A DNA stretch of 64,000 nt from a virus. A model generated the notes under the pieces. The model worked only from the letters and a program-made list of their open reading frames with translations, made no database searches and was not told the origin of the DNA. The stretch spans positions 1 through 64,000 of IMG/VR virus record IMGVR_UViG_3300032607_001425. One strand, 5' to 3'. This document shows positions 58,145-64,000 of the stretch, one piece after another. A program made the position numbers and the translations under genes. Position 1 is the stretch's first letter. The number at the start of each line of letters is the position of its first letter.

Positions 58145-58334
58145 TGTTATCTGTTTTTATAATGTTATGCTTTTTGAATGCGTGAAGTCTTTACACAATA
58201 CAACATATCATTTCCTATATGTTCGTACTGTAAACCGTTGATCTCTATTGTTTCTCCGTGTTTCTTAGACGCTCTAATACTTTTTAGTATTAGAGATATG
58301 TCTTCACAATAAACTCTCTTTCCTCTCATAACTT

Positions 58335-58523
58335 TTATTTTGTAAGTTTAATTGGGAAGGTTGAAATCATTATTATAAGTATTGCTTCTACAATAGATAT
58401 ACTACCACGTTGATCAATGGTCCACTCAGTTGCGTCGAGGTTACCTATTGCGAACGCCATTAGTAAATACCCTAATAAAAATCCGATTGCTGCTAGTAAG
58501 CTTCTTGCTATTATTTCTTTCAT
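58335..58523 (-). CDS. small membrane protein
   Basis: two hydrophobic segments. Confidence 0.6.
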   Translation of the reverse strand: MKEIIARSLLAAIGFLLGYLLMAFAIGNLDATEWTIDQRGSISIVEAILIIMISTFPIKLTK

Positions 58524-58537
58524 AACCTTTATTTATT

Positions 58538-58684
58538 TTAAATTAGTATTTTCTTTTTAAAAAGGTAAAGTAGGCTGTTGGTCTTATCTATAACAACGGA
58601 TACTAATTCCCAACCATGTTGACCAGCATTATTAAGTTGTTCTCTTGTTACATCCCATTGCTTTAGGTATTCCCATTTTTCCAT
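58538..58684 (-). CDS. DUF4177-like small protein
   Basis: not in ORF track; MEKWEY...LNNAGQHGWELVSV...YLFKK. Confidence 0.6.
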   Translation of the reverse strand: MEKWEYLKQWDVTREQLNNAGQHGWELVSVVIDKTNSLLYLFKKKILI

Positions 58685-58714
58685 AACTTTTATTTGTTTT
58701 AAATTTCTAATAAT

Positions 58715-58752
58715 TAAATATACGAAAAAAAGCTTGCCGAAGCAAGCCTTTT
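58715..58752 (-). promoter_or_regulatory. middle-type promoter with terminator embedded in its spacer
   Basis: AAAAGGCTTG-CTTCGG-CAAGCTTTTTTTCG-TATATTTA; similar at ~8031, 34416, 42866, 47327, 54558, 63025. Confidence 0.65.
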
Positions 58753-58757
58753 GCCAA

Positions 58758-59456
58758 TTATTTTTTAGAATATTTCCAGATAAATCCTCCTGCAGTTTTT
58801 ACCTTACCTTTTATACAGGTCGAGATGTTCCCTTTATCTATTCCTAGATCTTCACTGGCTTCTCTTCCTGAAGACCATTCTCTGATGAATCTTCCATCTC
58901 TATTGTATTGATTGATAGCTTTTTTGTTTTTCTCTGCTATTAGCTTATAATCTGTATTTTCTACCTTTATTATAAAGTTGGTATTTTTAATCCTTGCTGC
59001 TTCATCTCTACTAGCTGCTGATTTATTTCTGTTTCCTTTTCCTTCCTCGGTCATATTATAGACCCTTAGAGTCTCTGCTATTTGGGACTTTACCTCAACC
59101 CCCTTGGAAGTACTGTAGAGAAGCTTCTTAGCTGCTTTTATTTTATCCACTGTATTTTGGGAATGTACAGTCTTAGCTTCCTGCGTACTCTGTAACTTAC
59201 AGTTTAATCCATTTTCAGATAGAACATCGTAATATTCTTGCCAGTGTCTCTCACGAATGTTTAGTTCCTCTACCTTACACTGTTCTACTATTTCAAAGAT
59301 ATGCTCAGGGAAACCGTATTTTACTAGTGAGGCATAAAGTCTTATCTGATTCTTGCATCCTTTTCTAGCGTAAATTTTCTGCCTTGTTTCCAAGTCAGTA
59401 CTCTGCCCAATATATACTCTTCCCGTTGGACTTATAATTTTATAAATTCCTATCAT
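58758..59456 (-). CDS. GIY-YIG homing endonuclease with NUMOD1 tail
   Basis: GIYKIISPTGRVYIGQS; KTAGGFIWKY; paralog of 39383..40018. Confidence 0.9.
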   Translation of the reverse strand: MIGIYKIISPTGRVYIGQSTDLETRQKIYARKGCKNQIRLYASLVKYGFPEHIFEIVEQCKVEELNIRERHWQEYYDVLSENGLNCKLQSTQEAKTVHSQNTVDKIKAAKKLLYSTSKGVEVKSQIAETLRVYNMTEEGKGNRNKSAASRDEAARIKNTNFIIKVENTDYKLIAEKNKKAINQYNRDGRFIREWSSGREASEDLGIDKGNISTCIKGKVKTAGGFIWKYSKK

Positions 59457-59557
59457 ATTAAATAAAAAAAGGAGAAATTAAAAATATAGTACCTGACCGT
59501 ACTAAATCTTTAAAATCTCCATATGCTCTTGTAGGTCGGTCAGTACCCTTTATTTAA
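59457..59557 (-). ncRNA. kissing-loop leader RNA, variant D
   Basis: GGGU-ACUGACCG-ACCU; GGAGA...UAGUAC-GGUCAG-GUACUA...UCUCC-U7. Confidence 0.6.
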
Positions 59558-59595
59558 TATAAATAGCAACTTTTTATAAAAACCGCTAGTTTTTA

Positions 59596-60741
59596 CTAGT
59601 GGCTGTCGCCATAATCGTGCTTCTCCGATGCAATTAAATATTCAGGGTTTATTACTTTTGCTACCTTTTTACGATCTCCAGATATGTGCTTTATGACTAT
59701 TCCCTCGTGAGGAGTTTTTGTCCTTTCAATGAAGTTGTTGAATACAAAACTGTCTTGGATTTCTTGGTTCCATTTACCTGCATATAGAACTTCTACATGA
59801 GGTAATCCTAATAGCTCATCTATTTCATATTGAGCAGAATCTGTTGGAAAGTATTCATTATCCATTTTTAAATCAAATCCTGTAAATCTAATATCCTCTA
59901 ACCCATAGGTGTAGTTCTTTTGAATTCCTGCTCCATAAATTTCTCCATAAAGAATTAGTCCATCACCAACATAGTCACTTCCATAGATGTAGCATAGGTT
60001 CCAAAGCCTTGCTTTGATTTGATACTTTCCAGCAATTGTTCTCCAAACATCAGTTGAGTAGAATCCTTGAGAATCACTCCCTTTTTCTACATTATGAGAT
60101 CCGTAGACATACTCGTAATCAATCCACTCATCAGTAATTCTTAGGAATTTTTTTACTTTATCCCAAAATGATAATTTAGATTTTTTAACTATTCCGTATC
60201 GTGCGTTAGTCCCATGAATCTTTCTAGTGATTTGAACTTCATCTTCTTGCGTAAACATTCCGTCAACGTTTTTAAGGTTTGGGAATCTGTAGTAGATGTG
60301 GAAGTTTTGATTATCTTGGTACTTAATCTTTCTACCTGAGGCAAGTTGAATTTGTTTAACTGGTGGTTCGTATTTGGTAATGTTTAGGTGAGACATACAA
60401 TCTCTCCCCTCAATTACTAAATCATAGTCACCCATTGATACTTTACCTTTAAGATAGCTTATTGGAATGATTAAGCATTCAGAATAAACTCCTCTTAATT
60501 TTACAGTCCTTACTCTATTGCCTTTTCTTAGGTAAGAAGTAACTCCCATCTGTTCAGATAATTTTTCTGGTATAACTGCATCGGTAGTTGCAATAACTGC
60601 TAACCCATCTACTTGAAATTCTCCTTTTTTAGTAATAGCATTCCATCCACCTGCAATCACAAGTTCGATGTTATCTGCTCCTTCAATGGCTCTTACTTCG
60701 TTTATTTTTGCTATAAAACAGCAGCTGTTATTATTTTCCAT
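59596..60741 (-). CDS. RNA ligase (Rnl2/DRB0094 family)
   Basis: IEGADNI, LRGVYSE, KIHGTN, YGEIYG, FD, EGIV, KVINxxYL. Confidence 0.9.
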   Translation of the reverse strand: MENNNSCCFIAKINEVRAIEGADNIELVIAGGWNAITKKGEFQVDGLAVIATTDAVIPEKLSEQMGVTSYLRKGNRVRTVKLRGVYSECLIIPISYLKGKVSMGDYDLVIEGRDCMSHLNITKYEPPVKQIQLASGRKIKYQDNQNFHIYYRFPNLKNVDGMFTQEDEVQITRKIHGTNARYGIVKKSKLSFWDKVKKFLRITDEWIDYEYVYGSHNVEKGSDSQGFYSTDVWRTIAGKYQIKARLWNLCYIYGSDYVGDGLILYGEIYGAGIQKNYTYGLEDIRFTGFDLKMDNEYFPTDSAQYEIDELLGLPHVEVLYAGKWNQEIQDSFVFNNFIERTKTPHEGIVIKHISGDRKKVAKVINPEYLIASEKHDYGDSH

Positions 60742-60985
60742 TTTTATGTTCTTGTATTAAATTTTTTATTCCTTCTTTTTTCTCATCATTGAAAACATCT
60801 TCGAGTTTAATTTCTTTTTCTGCAAAATACATAAACTCTAAACATTTGTAAACACTCATTCCACTTTTACAACAATCTTCAATATAGTCTTTATACTTTT
60901 CAAAATCCTCATCAGTGTACTTGTAATTATCTTCTGTACGTCTGTCTTTTAGTCTTTGTAAATAATTTTCAAATGTTTCTTTCAT
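60731..60985 (-). CDS. hypothetical protein
   Basis: 84 aa ORF in operon. Confidence 0.65.
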   Translation of the reverse strand: MKETFENYLQRLKDRRTEDNYKYTDEDFEKYKDYIEDCCKSGMSVYKCLEFMYFAEKEIKLEDVFNDEKKEGIKNLIQEHKNGK

Positions 60986-61383
60986 AACAATATTCCGAAT
61001 CTTTTTTTCATAGTTTCTAATTTATCTTGTGGTACTCCATGCTCGTTTACTCCTCCGTGTCTATTTTCTACAATTAACGAGTAGACTCTATATCCGTATT
61101 TTTCTGCTAGATCATAGTATGGTTGCATTTCCCATTCTTGAGTGAATGTGTTTGACACTGTTATTCTTTCGTATTGTGCTTTAATTAAAGATGAAACTTC
61201 TTCTTGACACCAAGCATGTGCTTCTTTTAATTGGGAAGGATCAAACTTATAGTCTCCATTCTTATCTATAAAGTACATATCAGCTTCTCTATAATAATGT
61301 TCTTTGTAATTTGTCATTAATGACTTTGCTAATGTTGATTTACCTGATCCAGGTAATCCTCGTAAAAGAAACAATTCCTTCAT
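60982..61383 (-). CDS. P-loop kinase (polynucleotide kinase-like, AAA_33)
   Basis: RGLPGSGKST, EAD, VSNTF, HGVP. Confidence 0.85.
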   Translation of the reverse strand: MKELFLLRGLPGSGKSTLAKSLMTNYKEHYYREADMYFIDKNGDYKFDPSQLKEAHAWCQEEVSSLIKAQYERITVSNTFTQEWEMQPYYDLAEKYGYRVYSLIVENRHGGVNEHGVPQDKLETMKKRFGILL

Positions 61384-61583
61384 AACCTTATTTGTTTTTA
61401 AGTTCTTTTTCTTTTAAAGTATTCATATATTTTAATTCAATTGCTACTCTATCTATTGCAAAATAAATAAGTAAACCTACAGTTAGTATTGTAAAAATTA
61501 ATAGTACCATCATAATCTTATTTGTTTTTAAATTTATACTTAAATATACGAATAATATCTCAGTCTACCAAATTATTTTTAAT

Positions 61584-62225
61584 TTATTTTACATATTTCC
61601 AAATAAATCCTCCTGCCGTCTTATTACGACCAGTCAGACAATTAGATATACTATTCCTAGATATTCCTAATGATCTCTCAATATCTCCCAGTGAAGGCCA
61701 AACTTGTACAACCACGTTGTCAAGCGTTAGTTGTTTAACTGAAACCATTCGCTTTATTGATCGCTTTTTAATGCTCTCTGGGTTTTGCATGTGATCTGTG
61801 GAAGGTTTAAATCCAATTGCTTTTCTTGTGGCTACAATTTTTGCAGCATGCTCTTTTGTTTTGGGGACATTTTTAAATTGAATAGATACGGCTAAGGCGT
61901 GCCTCTCTTTTACCTCCTGGTACATCCTTGCTGTTACTTTATGCTTAGGTTTGCTTATATCTCCCATTGTTACAAAAAACCACAGTGCCTGTGATAATTT
62001 TAGTTCGGTTGGGAAAATCCTACATAAAAGTAAATGTGCTACAAAATGTTCTCGAGCTGTAAGTAGTACAACATTTGGATGAGTTTTCCACTAACGTTCC
62101 AAACCTTCTCCTCCCATACATTTTGGAATAATGTGATGAGCTTCAAAATAAAACTCTCTACTCTTAACTCTGTTTTCACTTTGAGCTCTCTCAATTAGTT
62201 GATTGTAAATTCTTTGGTAATTCAT
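61584..62225 (-). pseudogene. HNH-NUMOD1 homing endonuclease interrupted by an in-frame TAG
   Basis: MNYQRIY...EAHHIIPKCMGGEGLER*WKTHPNVVLLTAREHFVAH...KTAGGFIWKY; TAG at 62091-62093. Confidence 0.8.
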
Positions 62226-62320
62226 AATAAAAAAAGCTATGGCTTTCGAGGTAGGAGACTCTACTTGCCTATAGCTTTAGTTGATATTTTATTTAGTATT
62301 TGTAGCTCCTACACTACATA
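62226..62320 (-). ncRNA. conserved structured leader RNA, copy C
   Basis: UGUAG-UGUAGGAG-CUACA; AAAGCUAU-A-GGC-AAGUA-GAG-UCUCCUAC-CUC-GAAA-GCC-AUAGCUUU. Confidence 0.8.
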
Positions 62321-62356
62321 TATAAATAGCAACTTTTTATGGAAAACACCGTTTAT

Positions 62357-63007
62357 TTACACTCTAGCCTCATGATGATCCCTAGGAAGTGATGATTTTC
62401 TAACAGGCCTATCTTTGAGAATTTTAAGTACTTCATCCATCGAAATTGGTTCCAGACCATTTCCATCACATCCTACATCCATTGCTCTTCCCTCCATAAC
62501 TCTTAGGTGTGGTGGTAAGTGGACATGTCCAAACAGATGTATATTTTCATTGTTCATTCCGTCCCAACTAATGATAGGAAAATGCATGCAAACAAATGTA
62601 AAGCTCTCTGTTGTTGCTTTGTTGATTGGCCTTCTTACTTCAAGTCTTACGTATTGACTTACTGAAGAGAATAGTTTTTGTACTCCCTCTTTGTTCCTTT
62701 CGATATGGTGATCGTGATTTCCAAGTACCAGGTGAATGTTTTTACAAAGTATTCTATCTCTAAATTCTTGTATCTTTTCAAATCCTCCGAATGAAAAATC
62801 TCCTAAGTGGATTAAGATGTCATCTTCACCAACCATGCAGTTAATGTTGTTCACTAAAGTATCGTTCATATGATCAAGTGACTTAAACTCTCTTGTGAAG
62901 TTTGAAGCACCTTCCCATTTCGTAGTAGCACTACAAATGTTTGAGTGAGCGTAATGTGTGTCTGATGTGAAGAACAATTGTTGTCCTTTTTGTAATGTAA
63001 TTCTCAT
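62357..63007 (-). CDS. calcineurin-like metallophosphoesterase
   Basis: SDTH, HLGD, GNHD, HFP, GHVH, DVGCD. Confidence 0.9.
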   Translation of the reverse strand: MRITLQKGQQLFFTSDTHYAHSNICSATTKWEGASNFTREFKSLDHMNDTLVNNINCMVGEDDILIHLGDFSFGGFEKIQEFRDRILCKNIHLVLGNHDHHIERNKEGVQKLFSSVSQYVRLEVRRPINKATTESFTFVCMHFPIISWDGMNNENIHLFGHVHLPPHLRVMEGRAMDVGCDGNGLEPISMDEVLKILKDRPVRKSSLPRDHHEARV

Positions 63008-63073
63008 AACTTATTTTCTTATACTTAAATATACAAAAAAAGACTTGAATAGACAAGCCTTTTTGCAATTATT

Positions 63074-64000
63074 TTAAATAAATTTTGATATATGAAACTC
63101 AATTAATTGTTGAGCTTTAGAAACATCCTCAACCCTAAGTTGTAAATTATTATCAGCGACTTTAGATAAAGTATCTAAATCTACCAATGTTACTGTGGAG
63201 AGTTGTGTTACATCGTGATCTACGTTAGCAGGTACTGATAGATCGAGTATTAATTTTGGGTTGTTATCGATATTGTTTTTGTTTAGTATAGGTGTTTCAG
63301 CATTTGTAGCTACTATTACTATGTCAGATACAAATATGTTTGCTTTTAGAGTATTGTAATGTGCTTTACCAACATGAAGTTCTTTTGAAAGTAAATCACT
63401 TACCTCCTCTGTCCTATTCATTAATGTAATTTTAGTACAGTGGAGATAGTCGATTAAATTTTTACAAGTGCTTCTTCCCATCTTGCCCATACCTACTATT
63501 AGTATATTTTTAGTACTTGCATCTGGAATATTCTTTTTTATGTATTCAATGGCTACTGATGATACTGAGACTATTCCTTTACTTAGGTTAGTATTATTTT
63601 TAACTTGTCTTGAGATGTGGATGACTTTGTTAGTTATTTTTTCTAACTTTCCTCCTAATTTTTGTGCTGTTTTAGATTTATTAATAGCACTTTTTAGTTG
63701 ACCTATTATTTCATAGTCACCAAGTATTTGTGAATCTAATCCACATGCTACTTGTGAAAGATGTCTCAAAGCATCTTCCCTACTTTTTATATAACATTGA
63801 TCGATAAAGTCATCCTTTGTTCCTTCTGTCTCAGAACATAGTAGTTCAATTAAACTATCAATACTAGGTCCATACCCATATATCTCAGTCCTATTACAAG
63901 TTGATAGAATAAAGAAGTTTGATAAGTTATTTGTAAGAAGTTTTTTGTACTTACTATCTGAGATAGAATATTTACCTCTTGTTAGTACATTTGATTTTTT
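63074..64000 (-). CDS. hemA: glutamyl-tRNA reductase (5' end beyond window; C-terminal dimerisation domain absent)
   Basis: frame open to 64000; LSTCNRTE, VACGLDSQILGD, GMGKMG, NRT, DLSVPAN. Confidence 0.9.
   Translation of the reverse strand, partial: KKSNVLTRGKYSISDSKYKKLLTNNLSNFFILSTCNRTEIYGYGPSIDSLIELLCSETEGTKDDFIDQCYIKSREDALRHLSQVACGLDSQILGDYEIIGQLKSAINKSKTAQKLGGKLEKITNKVIHISRQVKNNTNLSKGIVSVSSVAIEYIKKNIPDASTKNILIVGMGKMGRSTCKNLIDYLHCTKITLMNRTEEVSDLLSKELHVGKAHYNTLKANIFVSDIVIVATNAETPILNKNNIDNNPKLILDLSVPANVDHDVTQLSTVTLVDLDTLSKVADNNLQLRVEDVSKAQQLIEFHISKFI

Noticed and set aside
24328-62093. TAG-to-Gln recoding (amber codon in the HEG; TAG-ATG junction at 24328-24333)
   Set aside because: TAG ends many normal-length genes (groES, RNA ligase, GT4 C-half), and no other gene appears fragmented at TAG.
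2161-62328. TATAAATA as plus-strand T4-type late promoters
   Set aside because: The motif sits consistently just upstream of minus-strand starts or leaders with no plus-strand genes downstream, so it is read as TATTTATA on minus; orientation is not proven.
1611-63701. Plus-strand ORFs in the supplied track
   Set aside because: Nearly all are antisense shadows of well-supported minus-strand genes or RNAs, with no motifs or promoters.

Overview
64 kb segment of a large, AT-rich lytic dsDNA phage with essentially all genes on the minus strand. The host is most likely Bacteroidota (Flavobacteria-like), inferred from TTG-N~20-TAnnTTTA promoters, A-rich translation starts without Shine-Dalgarno sites, and Hc1-like, DUF4494-like and HemA genes. 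In order along the window: (1) 1-10.4 kb, early single-gene cassettes each with a repeated promoter or terminator-promoter module, two degenerate tRNA-like RNAs, a small ArfA-like ORF, and a non-coding origin/terminus-like region with 33-, 18- and 12/19-bp periodic repeats; (2) 12.5-33 kb, a glycosylation island including a GT4 gene split by an HNH+RHH insertion; (3) PD-(D/E)XK nuclease, lysis cassette, Hc1, GroEL/GroES; (4) DNA polymerase A beside a 7-deazaguanine cluster (DpdA/TGT-like, FolE, QueD, QueE, a second QueD-like protein, kinase, PRTase, dUTPase-like; no QueC seen); (5) Acb1-like 2H phosphoesterase, ThyA, an ART-fold protein, an RNA-repair cluster, and a phage-borne HemA at the window edge. 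About ten free-standing homing endonucleases (HEGs) are scattered through the core genes. The most striking unexplained signal is a ~95-nt structured leader RNA between a late promoter and the ATG of three unrelated HEGs. It has two hairpins joined by a covarying 7-bp kissing interaction, a loop-E motif and a 3' U-tract, and two more distantly related versions occur elsewhere in the window. All annotations are by eye from motifs; no database searches were run.
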